From a virus: 42,013 bases of DNA. Shown here piece by piece: positions 1 through 9,443 of this stretch (position 1 is the first letter of the stretch; each line of letters opens with the position of its first letter). A model generated the notes under the pieces. The model saw only the letters and a program-made list of their open reading frames with translations, was not told where the DNA came from and searched no databases. The position numbers were made by a program, and so were the translations under genes. Location of the stretch: the IMG/VR virus record IMGVR_UViG_3300027796_000005. One strand, written 5' to 3'.

Positions 1-75
1 GCATCACAATTACCGATGGTGTAATATCGGCCACAACAGGTGGAAGCGGTACTGTTACCAGTGTGGCCGCTGGCA
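1..75. repeat. Terminal assembly overlap (copy 1), identical to 41939..42013
   Basis: Base-by-base comparison of the first 75 nt with the last 75 nt gives an exact match. Confidence 0.95.
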
Positions 76-890
76 ACGGAATGACCTTCACAACTATCAC
101 TGGCACGGGTACCGTTACAATGGGCACACCGTCAACAATTACGAATGCCACAACCAACTCGGTAAGTACAGGCACCCATACCCACGCGCTAACGCTTCCA
201 ACAGCAACAACAACCGTTTTGGGTTGTGTGAAAGTCGACGGTACAAGCATCACAATTACCGATGGTATAATATCGGCCACAACAGGAGGAAGCGGAACAG
301 TTACTTCTGTTGCTGCTGGCAACGGAATGACCTTCACAACCATTACCGGCACTGGCACGGTTACAATGGGCACTCCATCAAACATTACAAGTACAAGCAC
401 TAATTCGGTAGCCTCGGGCACGCATACCCACGCCCTCGATAACAGCGGTGTTACGGCAGGAAGCTATAAAAATGCGAATATAACCGTAGACGCGAAAGGT
501 CGCATTACTACATCGGCCTCGGGGTATGTCGAAAGACCATTTGCATGTTCGGATGAAAAAACTGCACTAACTGCTAGTGAAAGTGTAGCTAAGATATCTT
601 TTCGTATGCCGTTTGCAATGACACTTTCTGCTGTCCGTGCAAATGTTAATATAGCCCCTACAGGCAGCAATTTAATTGTTGATATACACAAATCAGGAAC
701 ATCAATTATGACAACAACCAAATTGTCAATTGATGCGGGAGAAACAACTTCAACAACAGCTGCAACAGCAGCAATATTAACCGATACATCGCTGGCCGAT
801 GATGAAGAGATATCTGTTTTTGTCGACCAAATAGGCAGCACGGTTGCCGGTGCAGGTTTGAAGCTTACTTTTATAGGTATTAAATCTTAA
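1..890 (+). CDS. Tail fibre protein 1, 3' part (continues 41431..42013; joined product about 465 aa)
   Basis: Same codon phase as the open ORF at 41431..42013 across the overlap. Carries tandem ~83-aa modules GGSGTVTSVAAGNGMTFTTITGTGTVTMGTPS..NSVS.GTHTHAL and an ITVDAKGRIT fibre-type motif. Stop TAA is at 888-890. The track start at 63 is only an in-frame GTG. Confidence 0.8.
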   Translation, partial: ITITDGVISATTGGSGTVTSVAAGNGMTFTTITGTGTVTMGTPSTITNATTNSVSTGTHTHALTLPTATTTVLGCVKVDGTSITITDGIISATTGGSGTVTSVAAGNGMTFTTITGTGTVTMGTPSNITSTSTNSVASGTHTHALDNSGVTAGSYKNANITVDAKGRITTSASGYVERPFACSDEKTALTASESVAKISFRMPFAMTLSAVRANVNIAPTGSNLIVDIHKSGTSIMTTTKLSIDAGETTSTTAATAAILTDTSLADDEEISVFVDQIGSTVAGAGLKLTFIGIKS

Positions 891-900
891 ATTATATATT

Positions 901-1431
901 ATGAAAGCAGTTTTGATTAATAAAAACACAGGAGAGATAATTAAACACGATGAGTACCCTCGTGAAGACATGCAACCAGTTGTAGGGTTAGACCCTTCAC
1001 TTGAGTGGCTCGTAAAGCATACCCCGTATATTCAACCCGACTACGATAGTCGCATTTTCGTTCTCTCAACTACCGAAGAGGTAACAACCAATCCTCATCC
1101 GGACTACCCGTACCTTAACCAGTACCGCATTACCTATACGCTTCAAAAAAGAGAAGCCGATGAAATAGAGTTGGCTATCGACAATGCCGAACGCGAAGCT
1201 AATGAGGCAGTATTCAACACCACCGAGCAACTGAAATCGCTTACTCTGGTAGTTGCCGCGCTTATTCGAGCTTCAAAAAAGTTAGAATTAACTGCCGCAG
1301 AGCAACAAGAATGGGAAAAACTAAGCGGCATCGCTGTAAAGTTTTGGAAGAATCACGAAAACAAGAAAACAAAAAAGGCTCAACTAATTGCAGGGCAAGA
1401 ACCCGAAATTGATGCGTCATGGGAGAGGTAA
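901..1431 (+). CDS. Hypothetical protein in the fibre module (possible fibre accessory/assembly protein)
   Basis: 176-aa ORF starting 11 nt after the fibre stop. No motif recognised; the functional suggestion is positional only. Confidence 0.6.
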   Translation: MKAVLINKNTGEIIKHDEYPREDMQPVVGLDPSLEWLVKHTPYIQPDYDSRIFVLSTTEEVTTNPHPDYPYLNQYRITYTLQKREADEIELAIDNAEREANEAVFNTTEQLKSLTLVVAALIRASKKLELTAAEQQEWEKLSGIAVKFWKNHENKKTKKAQLIAGQEPEIDASWER

Positions 1432-2192
1432 TAATAAATCCGCTTTTAAATGTTTTAAAAAATTACAAAAGTATGAACATAGTAAATCCATATAGGTTTG
1501 CAGGCTCTCTTCGAGATAAAGCACTCGCATGTTGGAATTTTGATGAAACGACAGGAACAGCAGTGAGCGATAAATTAGGCACATACAGTGGCACGGCCAA
1601 TAATATAACCATGAACCAAACCGGCATTACAAACGTAACGCCATGTTTTAGTTTCAATGGATCATCAAGCTATGTTAATTTTGGTAATGTGCTCGGTTTT
1701 GAAAACACCGACTCATTTTCCATAGCTGTATGGATTAATCAAACAAATTCATCCGTTAGTAGGGAAATTATCTGTAAGGCAGAAGGTTCTCCCAATTATA
1801 GAGGGTTTGAGCTGTATCTTCCATACAGCGCCACCGACAGTTTTCCAACATTTATATTAAGAAATAGCACAACAAATGCGTTGATCGTTCAATGTTCATC
1901 AAGTATATCTAAGGGAGTGTTTCATCACCTTGGCGTTACTTACGATGGAAGCAAAACACCAGAAGGTGTTAAATTTTATATCGACGGTGTTTTAAAAACC
2001 CATTCTACTTCTCAAAATAATTTAACAGCCACAATATTAAATACACAAAATTTAACCGTTGGAGGAAAAGGAGCATCTGTTTTATATTATGGCAAAATGA
2101 TGCAGGTAGGTATTTTAAATAGTGTAATTGCTGAAGCTGATTTTCTGCATCTATACAATTTAGGCAATGGTTTAGCTTTTGAAAATTGGTAA
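1419..2192 (+). CDS. LamG / concanavalin-A-like lectin-fold protein (Laminin_G_3-like)
   Basis: Pattern CWNFDE..G....D..G...G...N......G......FNGSSSYVNFGN...FENTDSFSIAVWI......REIICK...GFELYL....FHHLGVTYDG....KFYIDG is typical of LamG-type domains. An alternative start at 1473 (MNIVNPYRF) avoids overlap with the upstream ORF. Confidence 0.7.
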   Translation: MGEVIINPLLNVLKNYKSMNIVNPYRFAGSLRDKALACWNFDETTGTAVSDKLGTYSGTANNITMNQTGITNVTPCFSFNGSSSYVNFGNVLGFENTDSFSIAVWINQTNSSVSREIICKAEGSPNYRGFELYLPYSATDSFPTFILRNSTTNALIVQCSSSISKGVFHHLGVTYDGSKTPEGVKFYIDGVLKTHSTSQNNLTATILNTQNLTVGGKGASVLYYGKMMQVGILNSVIAEADFLHLYNLGNGLAFENW

Positions 2193-2195
2193 AAG

Positions 2196-3563
2196 ATGGC
2201 AGATAAATTACCCATACACGAAATCAACATCCAGTCGAATTACGAAGGGACAGGTTACATTGGCCCCGAGGGTGAAATTACAAGCGATAACCTGCTGCAT
2301 ACACTATCGCACCACGACGGCTTAACCCCTAACGGCATAACCGTGAAAGTTGATGTTGATAACGTATTACGGCTGAACGATTTTCTTACTGGCCATGTTG
2401 TATCAGGTAATGGAATGAGTTTTACAACAATAACACAAGGGGTTGTAACGGTTACAATGGGCACACCATCTAATATCACAAGCTCCAGTACCAACTCGGT
2501 AAGCACTGGCACCCATACCCATGCCCTCGATAACTCGGGCGTTACAGCCGGTAGCTACACAAATGCAAGCATAACTGTGGATGCTAAAGGCCGCGTTACA
2601 GCAGCAAGCAACGGCAGCGCCGGCGCTGGAACTGTTACCAGTGTTGCCGCTGGTAACGGAATGACCTTTACAACCATTAGCGGAACCGGCACAGTTACAA
2701 TGGGTACTCCATCAAACATTACCAGCTCATCAACCAACTCGGTAGCCTCTGGCACGCATACACATGCCCTCGATAACAGCGGCGTTACAGCCGGAACTTA
2801 TCGCTCTGTAACTGTCGATGCAAAAGGTCGCGTAACAGCAGGCACAAACCCAACCACAATTGCTGGTTACGGGCTAACGTTTGTCGTGCAGCCATACAGC
2901 GAAGAACTGTCCACCATAGCATCGTTAACCGGAACTGGAATGCTCAAACGTACAGGAACAAATACCTGGGCATTCGACTCAAACAGTTATGCCCTGTCGA
3001 GTCATACTCACAGCTACCTTGGTGTATACCTTGCTTCTGCAAGATTATTTGTAGGCTCAAGTGGGAATGTGGCTACAGGTGTAGCCTTAAGTGGCGATGC
3101 GTCTATAAGCAATTCAGGAGCGTTAACGCTTGCAAACTCAGGTGTATCAGCCGGTAGTTACACCCTTGCATCGATAACTGTCGATGCAAAAGGCCGTGTA
3201 ACAGCAGCAAGTTCCGGATCAGCATCAAGCCAGTGGATTAACGACAGCTATGGCCTTCATTATAACTCAAATGTTGGGATTGGTGCAAATTCGGACGATA
3301 CTTATAAATTATATGTTAATGGGAGCATTTTTTCAAGTGCAGGTATACAAGCAGCTGGAGATATGAATTTGGGTGGATATTTATCATGTACGCTTGTAAC
3401 TGCTTTTGGAATTACGATAAATGGTTCATCAGGTCTAGTAATAGGAACCACTACACGCATAAGCTCAGCAGGTGTTTTCACACCATCAAATGGGTTCTCA
3501 GGAACAGGTAATTATAACTCTTTTACATTTTTAAATGGAATATGTACAGCAGCAAGTGTTTAA
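2196..3563 (+). CDS. Tail fibre protein 2
   Basis: 455 aa. Has two copies of the GNGM(T/S)FTTI..GTVTMGTPSNITSSSTNSV.(S/T)GTHTHALDNSGVTAG module shared with fibre 1, at roughly 85% nt identity by eye. Has four (I/V)TVDAKGRVTA(A/G) repeats and a further HTH motif (SSHTHSYL). Confidence 0.8.
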   Translation: MADKLPIHEINIQSNYEGTGYIGPEGEITSDNLLHTLSHHDGLTPNGITVKVDVDNVLRLNDFLTGHVVSGNGMSFTTITQGVVTVTMGTPSNITSSSTNSVSTGTHTHALDNSGVTAGSYTNASITVDAKGRVTAASNGSAGAGTVTSVAAGNGMTFTTISGTGTVTMGTPSNITSSSTNSVASGTHTHALDNSGVTAGTYRSVTVDAKGRVTAGTNPTTIAGYGLTFVVQPYSEELSTIASLTGTGMLKRTGTNTWAFDSNSYALSSHTHSYLGVYLASARLFVGSSGNVATGVALSGDASISNSGALTLANSGVSAGSYTLASITVDAKGRVTAASSGSASSQWINDSYGLHYNSNVGIGANSDDTYKLYVNGSIFSSAGIQAAGDMNLGGYLSCTLVTAFGITINGSSGLVIGTTTRISSAGVFTPSNGFSGTGNYNSFTFLNGICTAASV

Positions 3564-3584
3564 CAAACTAAATTTTAATAAACT

Positions 3585-4007
3585 ATGAAAAACATTGAAG
3601 TAATAAATCTTTACAAACTTCTCTTCGAGTCGGTTACCATTGGAGATAACAAACCGGTTCTCGCCGCAATCAATGAAATACGTTGCTCGCGCCTTCAATG
3701 GTGGAAAGATCGGAACATACCATTAATCAGAAAAGAGTTTTCTGAAATAATGGAGGGGATAAACAAATTGAAACCTGAAGAACTACTCAATGCCGAAAAG
3801 GAAATGAATGAAAAACGCACCGAAAAAGAGCTTCGCGAATTCAACAACAAGATGAAGGCAATCTACGAAGCTTTTGAAATGCGTCCCGATATTATCGAAA
3901 TATTCAACGAAGAAAGCCGGCTGGAGATAACAAAAATAAAATTTGACGATCTGCCCGGCGATCTCAACGGTATTCAAAAAAGCATCATCGACTGGATGGT
4001 CGAATAA
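3585..4007 (+). CDS. Hypothetical protein
   Basis: 140-aa ORF, tightly packed and co-oriented with its neighbours. No motif recognised. Confidence 0.6.
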   Translation: MKNIEVINLYKLLFESVTIGDNKPVLAAINEIRCSRLQWWKDRNIPLIRKEFSEIMEGINKLKPEELLNAEKEMNEKRTEKELREFNNKMKAIYEAFEMRPDIIEIFNEESRLEITKIKFDDLPGDLNGIQKSIIDWMVE

Positions 4008-4016
4008 AATAGAAAA

Positions 4017-5807
4017 ATGATTACCGCGCACCTATATAATGATTACCTGGTACTTCCCGAATCTTTTGAGTGGGATCTTATTCGCTACTCGCAGTTGCTC
4101 AGCTTCGATAAGCTTGTCGATTGCGTTGTGCCAGCAATCAACTTCCCCGATGATGAGAATGGCCACAACCGCGCGGTACTTAACCAGCCAAACCGCTTTA
4201 CGCTGGTTCGAAAAACAATGAAAAAATATGCGGGTTTTGAGCTGCGCTCGAATGGTTATTGTATGATCAGGGGCACTCTTTTGCTCAAAGAAGGGTTCAA
4301 CGGATCGGTTTACGGCGTTGCCGGTAAGCTTTCCGAACTTAACCAGGATAAACTGATTTCAGATTATAACCTGCCCGAAGTAACTTTCGAAAACAAAGCC
4401 GATTATTCACCCGATGCCGATGATTACGCTTGTGCAACAATTAAGAATCAGCAGTTCTTTCAAGGCATCGGAAACTCAGAAACTTATACCGATGCCGATG
4501 AAAACGAGGTTGAAGAAACAATACTTCAGTTGAAACACAAAAACATAGGTTATAGGGTTAATGAGCAAGGAGTTAACGGTGTAAGCATCAACAACGAAAA
4601 CCTTACGTTTACGCTAACTTCAGCCGAAAACTACCGCTTAACGGTGGTTTCACCCTTTTTGTTCCTTTTTTCAACCGTCGAAAAATTACTCAAGGAAAAT
4701 GGAATATACCTTCGTTCAAATGAAATAGCTACCGATGCCGAATTAATGAAACTATTGATATACAACAATGTGGACATCAACAAAACAGGCATCGGCTCAA
4801 CCTATGTTAAATTGGGAAAAGAGACAAAAAACGGGTCTATTTGGGCAATCTGGGCCGGATATATTACAGCGCTAACCCGCTCAATATCTACATTTCAATA
4901 TTCAAAGATGCTTTCAAAAACAAGCATTAAGGATTACATATTAGGAATTCAAAACCTCCTGAACATCGCTTTTGTCTTCAACAACGATGACACCTACGCA
5001 ATTGTCGACCGCGAAGCTGCATTGTTAGGACCATCAACCGATATTGACAAATTCATGTCCGGATCTTGGGAGTTAGGCGAAAAGAAAGATGTTTCGTTGA
5101 AATTCACTCAAATTCACGACGATAACGATGCACTGTTTTCCGATTCTTATGTCGATCTCTCTGATAGGTTGGCTGATTTTGGAGAAGATGTTCTTATGGA
5201 ATCTGTATTGCCATACATTGAAGGCTCAAAAATTGGAGAATTACGGCGTGTACTCCCAACCCAACGAATATACGAATGGACGATGACCACCACAACGAAT
5301 CGATACGGCATCGAAATACCTGCATTTGCCTGGACATTCATTTCCTCAAACTACCAACCCGGCTGGGTTAATTATGCTGCCGAAAAAGAAGTTGAAGAAA
5401 TAACAACATGCTTTTCAACCCTCTGTGGCGATGATACTTCCGAAAATCCCAAAACCGAACAGTCGGGTCAAAGCGAATTAAGGAAGTCGACCGAAGCGCC
5501 ATTCACTCCCAGGTTGCTATTCTACACAGGAGATCTGACTTGTAACAACCAAACCAATAATTATAGCTTGAAATTCACTGGAGCCAACAACATGATTGAC
5601 ACGCGTTGGAAGAATTTTGCACCATGGTGGGCCAAACGCCAGGCAGTAACTGGCTATGCGAAATTTACCGATAGCTTTTTCAAGAATTTCAACATTAATA
5701 AAAAGGTCAGCAACCGCGAAGGAGAGGTAATGCCTCTCCAAACCACTACCAGAATTACAAATTCAGGTTTACAACAGACTAAAATTGAAGGTTTCAAAGT
5801 AGAATAA
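4017..5807 (+). CDS. Hypothetical large structural-module protein
   Basis: 596-aa uninterrupted ORF at the end of the fibre module. No motif recognised. Confidence 0.65.
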   Translation: MITAHLYNDYLVLPESFEWDLIRYSQLLSFDKLVDCVVPAINFPDDENGHNRAVLNQPNRFTLVRKTMKKYAGFELRSNGYCMIRGTLLLKEGFNGSVYGVAGKLSELNQDKLISDYNLPEVTFENKADYSPDADDYACATIKNQQFFQGIGNSETYTDADENEVEETILQLKHKNIGYRVNEQGVNGVSINNENLTFTLTSAENYRLTVVSPFLFLFSTVEKLLKENGIYLRSNEIATDAELMKLLIYNNVDINKTGIGSTYVKLGKETKNGSIWAIWAGYITALTRSISTFQYSKMLSKTSIKDYILGIQNLLNIAFVFNNDDTYAIVDREAALLGPSTDIDKFMSGSWELGEKKDVSLKFTQIHDDNDALFSDSYVDLSDRLADFGEDVLMESVLPYIEGSKIGELRRVLPTQRIYEWTMTTTTNRYGIEIPAFAWTFISSNYQPGWVNYAAEKEVEEITTCFSTLCGDDTSENPKTEQSGQSELRKSTEAPFTPRLLFYTGDLTCNNQTNNYSLKFTGANNMIDTRWKNFAPWWAKRQAVTGYAKFTDSFFKNFNINKKVSNREGEVMPLQTTTRITNSGLQQTKIEGFKVE

Positions 5808-5870
5808 ACCCTACCAACCCTGTCCTTTTCTGGTATGCGTAAACCGCTTAATTTTCAAAAAAAAACGGAT

Positions 5871-5963
5871 ATGAAAACAGTCGTAATAATTTTAATAATC
5901 GCACTCATCGGAACGATTACTATTCTCGTCAAAATATTTGGCAACGGACCCCTGTACAAATAA
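5871..5963 (+). CDS. Small single-pass membrane protein (30 aa)
   Basis: Hand translation gives MKTVVIILIIALIGTITILVKIFGNGPLYK*. Sits just upstream of the holin/endolysin genes and is below the ORF-track size cutoff. Confidence 0.4.
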   Translation: MKTVVIILIIALIGTITILVKIFGNGPLYK

Positions 5964-5969
5964 ACTGTT

Positions 5970-6155
5970 ATGGACAAGATTAAAGACTTCTTTCAAAACC
6001 CCATCGTTGGAGTTGTAACCCCGGTTAGTTCAGCAGCCATAGCCGAATTTTGTAACAATCTCATTCCTGTAATGACATTTATAAGTTTGGGGATCGGGAT
6101 ATTGGTAGGCATAACAAGTTTGTATTTAAACATCAAAAAAAGCCGAAAATCATGA
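5970..6155 (+). CDS. Putative holin
   Basis: 61 aa with two hydrophobic segments and a basic C-terminal tail (KKSRKS). Its stop overlaps the endolysin start (ATGA at 6152-6155). Confidence 0.6.
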   Translation: MDKIKDFFQNPIVGVVTPVSSAAIAEFCNNLIPVMTFISLGIGILVGITSLYLNIKKSRKS

Positions 6156-6577
6156 ATCGCATCGTTCTGACAAAGAATTTATTTCTCGACGAATACATTC
6201 CAAGGGAATTATACAACAGGTATATAGGCCGTGAACACATCTTAATAAGCCTGTTAGATGAGCGGCTAATTAAAGCTGATCAGGCATTGCGGGATAAGTT
6301 TGGCCCGGTAACAATCAATAACTGGTTCACCGGTGGAAATCGCAATTGGAGCGGTTTACGAATGCCCGAAAGTCCTGATTATTCACTCACAAGCCAGCAT
6401 TCATTTGGCCGTGCCTCCGATAAGATTTTCAGTTTGGAGCCTGCAAATGTTATCCAAGATTACATCCTATCAAACTGGCGTGAATTGGGCATCACTGGGC
6501 TGGAACTTAACACCAGTTGGGTTCATACCGATGTACGCAATGCAGGTAACATAAGGCTTATAACCTTCAAAGCATGA
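6152..6577 (+). CDS. Endolysin, zinc peptidase M15 family (Peptidase_M15_3 / VanY-like fold)
   Basis: Contains the SQHSFGRASD (H-x-x-G-x-A-x-D) motif and a distal WVHTDVR histidine motif. About 140 aa and located after the holin. Confidence 0.75.
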   Translation: MNRIVLTKNLFLDEYIPRELYNRYIGREHILISLLDERLIKADQALRDKFGPVTINNWFTGGNRNWSGLRMPESPDYSLTSQHSFGRASDKIFSLEPANVIQDYILSNWRELGITGLELNTSWVHTDVRNAGNIRLITFKA

Positions 6578-6711
6578 TTGTCGATCGCATAAAAAAAGCA
6601 ACCGTAAAGGTCAATATTTGGCCGGCAATTAAGTTCCTGTCAAAAAAGGAAAACAGGATTAGGTTACAAAAGAAAATCATTTTGGCAATAGCAAAACCGT
6701 CTTTAAAATAG
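6574..6711 (+). CDS. Possible small basic protein (45 aa)
   Basis: ATG at 6574 overlaps the endolysin stop (ATGA). Hand translation gives MIVDRIKKATVKVNIWPAIKFLSKKENRIRLQKKIILAIAKPSLK*. No homology recognised. Confidence 0.3.
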   Translation: MIVDRIKKATVKVNIWPAIKFLSKKENRIRLQKKIILAIAKPSLK

Positions 6712-6729
6712 ACACTTAAATAATTATTT

Positions 6730-7191
6730 ATGAGAAACATTTTAATTTCATTCGTTTTCGCGCTGATGATGGTAGCATATCTACCTGTTCCAGCAGCGAA
6801 TATCGACACCGGTGACCAGGTTGCCTATTGTGTCGACCAAATTGCCGATCTCCAGGCTGTGCCTGCAGTTGAAAACATTTTGCCAGCTTTGGGTTATAAG
6901 TGCATCCCGGCTTGTGAAATTGATGCGATTGTGCCTGTCGGTAAAGTACCTTTAATCTGCCTGGACAATCCTCCTGAAATGATATATCTATGTGGGGTTG
7001 ATGTTAATACAGATGCGGCTAAGACTACAATCAAAGAGCTATTTGGCTGGTTTGGTTCAAACCTTTGGTGGATAGCATCTATTCTCCTGGTAATATCCGA
7101 AGGACTTGGTCTTACCGACAAGATAGAATCAAACGGGATACTGAGTTTTATTTTTAAATGGCTGAAAAAGAAAGCAGTCAAACCAAATTAG
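6730..7191 (+). CDS. Secreted/membrane-anchored protein, last gene of the lysis cassette
   Basis: 153 aa with an N-terminal signal-like segment (MRNILISFVFALMMVAYLPVPAA) and a C-terminal TM segment (LWWIASILLVISEGLGL). Possible spanin-like or lysis accessory protein, by position only. Confidence 0.55.
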   Translation: MRNILISFVFALMMVAYLPVPAANIDTGDQVAYCVDQIADLQAVPAVENILPALGYKCIPACEIDAIVPVGKVPLICLDNPPEMIYLCGVDVNTDAAKTTIKELFGWFGSNLWWIASILLVISEGLGLTDKIESNGILSFIFKWLKKKAVKPN

Positions 7192-7236
7192 CAAGTATAT
7201 TTTTTCATAAGTTTTAGGTTTAGTTAGATTGGTTGG

Positions 7237-7261
7237 CCCCCCGAGAGATCGGGGGGTTTTT
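7237..7261 (+). terminator. Intrinsic terminator
   Basis: Stem CCCCCCGA (7237-7244) pairs with TCGGGGGG (7249-7256) around loop GAGA, followed by TTTTT. Located between convergent genes. Confidence 0.8.
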
Positions 7262-8532
7262 CAATTTAATCCTGGCTTCGGAAAATCAATCGCCGTTATT
7301 TTCTTGACAACCGGATCCGGAAAGTGATTAATCACCTTATCGTTTCTCTCACCAAAATGCCGCTTCACATAGGCTTGAGTATCTGAAATATCCTTATGCC
7401 TGAGATGTTTCTGCACTTCAACCAGCGTAGCGCCACTCTCAAGTAGATTTCCTGCGCCTGTATGCTTGCATGAGTAAAACTTGTACTTTTTCGACAAACC
7501 CAGCGCATCACGGTACCGGTTAAACCGGTCGCGCATGGTATTTGTTCCCATTGCTTCAGGTCCGGGTGCGCGGTTTCTTCCAAAAATGTAAAAATCTGGT
7601 TGATAGGTTTGCAACTGGTATCTCTCAACACATAGTTTCTTCAACTGCACCGGCATGTCAACAGTTTCGTGCCTCTCTTTTTTGCTATCAATATCGTTCA
7701 TTGTTACCGATCCATTGTACAAGTCGAGATCCTCGATCTTCAGCAACCGCAATTCAGTTCCTGGGCGAATGGCTGCATAATATTGAAACATACAAGCAAG
7801 GTACAATTGAGGCTCTTTAAACTCAATAGCGTTAAGCAACAGTTCTAAATCGGTTTGAATAAATGGCCGTGCAGCATTGTCAACCTTCTTAACCGGGATC
7901 ATCACATCAACAACCGGGTTTTCCTTTACAAACTTCTGTTTGATAGCAAACTCGAACATTGCATGAATATTCTGCTTGTACTTCTTTACGGTGAGTTTAT
8001 CCAGGTTTTTTTCAACGCAGAGATAAACAAAGAAATCTTGAATGTTTTTCTGAGTAATACAACTTATATCCAGCTCACTAAGCTTATTCAGTTCACACCA
8101 GGAAACCAGCAGCCTACATTTACTCAAGTAACTATTGTACGATTTTGGTTTGCACCTGGGCTTAATATCATCGAAGAATTTTGAAGCAACGAACCTGATG
8201 GTTCGCTTGCTTTTTTTCAGCCGTCCATAAACTTTTGCGGCGTTGTGGTACTCAAGGCTGTCGAGGAACTCGACCTCATAATCAGAAACTGGAGTCCAAC
8301 CAGCTTTAATTTTCTTCTCAAGTAATATGATTTTCTTTTTCGCGACGGCATACCTTTCCTTTCGGGTACCTTCATCGTTATCCAGGATAAAGTTCAATCC
8401 CTCGGAAAAACGTTGCCTGATCAACACGTCAGAGCGCGGATCCCTGAACTGGATTTCGATATACCAGTCCTTCGACAAGTCACCACCCCTATCCTTCAGA
8501 ACAGGGGGCTTAAAAATTGTTTTTCGTCTCAT
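7261..8532 (-). CDS. int: Tyrosine recombinase / phage integrase
   Basis: 423 aa. C-terminal catalytic signature is AIRPGTELRLL (Arg), KHTGAGNLL...LRHKD (H-x-x-R) and TQAYVKRH (Tyr). The N-terminal part is SAM-like. Confidence 0.9.
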   Translation of the reverse strand: MRRKTIFKPPVLKDRGGDLSKDWYIEIQFRDPRSDVLIRQRFSEGLNFILDNDEGTRKERYAVAKKKIILLEKKIKAGWTPVSDYEVEFLDSLEYHNAAKVYGRLKKSKRTIRFVASKFFDDIKPRCKPKSYNSYLSKCRLLVSWCELNKLSELDISCITQKNIQDFFVYLCVEKNLDKLTVKKYKQNIHAMFEFAIKQKFVKENPVVDVMIPVKKVDNAARPFIQTDLELLLNAIEFKEPQLYLACMFQYYAAIRPGTELRLLKIEDLDLYNGSVTMNDIDSKKERHETVDMPVQLKKLCVERYQLQTYQPDFYIFGRNRAPGPEAMGTNTMRDRFNRYRDALGLSKKYKFYSCKHTGAGNLLESGATLVEVQKHLRHKDISDTQAYVKRHFGERNDKVINHFPDPVVKKITAIDFPKPGLN

Positions 8533-8598
8533 ACACAGTTTGCTTATGTTCCCAGCATTTGCAAAACCGTGAATAACAACATGATAGTTTCAGTAAGT

Positions 8599-8637
8599 TG
8601 TACGAAAGTGTACATTTTAAAAAATACACTTTGTACA
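8599..8637. promoter_or_regulatory. Imperfect 39-bp inverted repeat upstream of int (operator, promoter or attP arm-type candidate)
   Basis: TGTACGAAAGTGTACA...TACACTTTGTACA. AAAGTGTA pairs with TACACTTT across an A/T-rich centre. Confidence 0.4.
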
Positions 8638-8765
8638 TAATTAAAAATCAATCACTTAGATAGAACTTGTGGAGCTGCCGGGACTCCCTCCCCTCCCCCA
8701 TATTCATTGTTATTCAATTTTTTGCAAACTGTAATTTTTGTATTTTCTATATTTTTTGTAAGATA

Positions 8766-8984
8766 TCAATGGTCCGTACAGTTATCGTTTTCGTACAGGG
8801 TTGAGACTTCAACATCAAAGAAATGAGCATATTTCAAGGCATATTCATACTTCAGGTTTACCGATTTAGCGCTCTCAAGCTTGTATATAACCTGTTTCGT
8901 TAAACCCAGCTCTTTACCCATTTTAGACAAGCTAAGTGATTTATCTTTACGTAGTTCAATCAATAAATTATTGTTGTAAGTCAT
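8766..8984 (-). CDS. XRE-family helix-turn-helix regulator
   Basis: 72 aa. LSLSKMGKELGLTKQVIYKLESAK fits the HTH_3 pattern. Confidence 0.75.
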   Translation of the reverse strand: MTYNNNLLIELRKDKSLSLSKMGKELGLTKQVIYKLESAKSVNLKYEYALKYAHFFDVEVSTLYENDNCTDH

Positions 8985-9038
8985 CTTAATTGAAGTTTAT
9001 TCTTAACTGATCTGGCGTTATGTTTTTTTTGCGATGCA

Positions 9039-9443
9039 CTACCCGCATTGTTGTTTGAGGTTGCCTTCGGTAGTTAAATCTTTTAAGGTTATGTACTTAT
9101 CTTGTATTTCAACCAGCTTTGCATTTAACCTGTTTATCTCATTTTGTTTTTCAATGCAATCGGGACAAGAATACCTTACCACTTTAGGTTCCTGAATCGC
9201 ATCCGGTTCTCTATTTTGTTGCTCATATCTTGACTTTTCTTCCAAGAAATAACCAGGCTGTTTGTTCGAATAATGTAACAAATTCAGGAAGTACTCAAAC
9301 TTCATAGTCTTATTTTTCACCATATTTGAGTAAGCCGATTTGTTTTTAAGTCCCATAATTTCAGCCATTTCGGTTTGATTCAACTTTAATGTCTTACGAT
9401 AAGACTCAATGCTACTATATACTTGCTCCTCATTTAGAATCAT
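9039..9443 (-). CDS. Putative CI-like repressor (HTH plus coiled-coil C-terminus)
   Basis: 134 aa. N-terminal LKLNQTEMAEIMGLKNKSAYSNMVK looks like an HTH. Transcribed divergently from the Cro-like gene. Confidence 0.6.
   Translation of the reverse strand: MILNEEQVYSSIESYRKTLKLNQTEMAEIMGLKNKSAYSNMVKNKTMKFEYFLNLLHYSNKQPGYFLEEKSRYEQQNREPDAIQEPKVVRYSCPDCIEKQNEINRLNAKLVEIQDKYITLKDLTTEGNLKQQCG

Noticed and set aside
464-971. Antisense ORFs 464..841 and 777..971
   Set aside because: They lie inside or opposite the fibre gene and are low complexity. They are typical shadow ORFs of a repeat-rich coding region.
1-3563. Diversity-generating retroelement acting on the repeated fibre modules
   Set aside because: No reverse transcriptase gene exists anywhere in the genome. 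The repeat differences are not adenine-specific by eye.
7365-8640. ORFs overlapping the integrase (7365..7631 -, 7542..7820 +, 7855..8184 +, 8327..8572 +, 8413..8640 +)
   Set aside because: They are nested in or opposite a well-supported 423-aa integrase ORF, and no motifs were seen.
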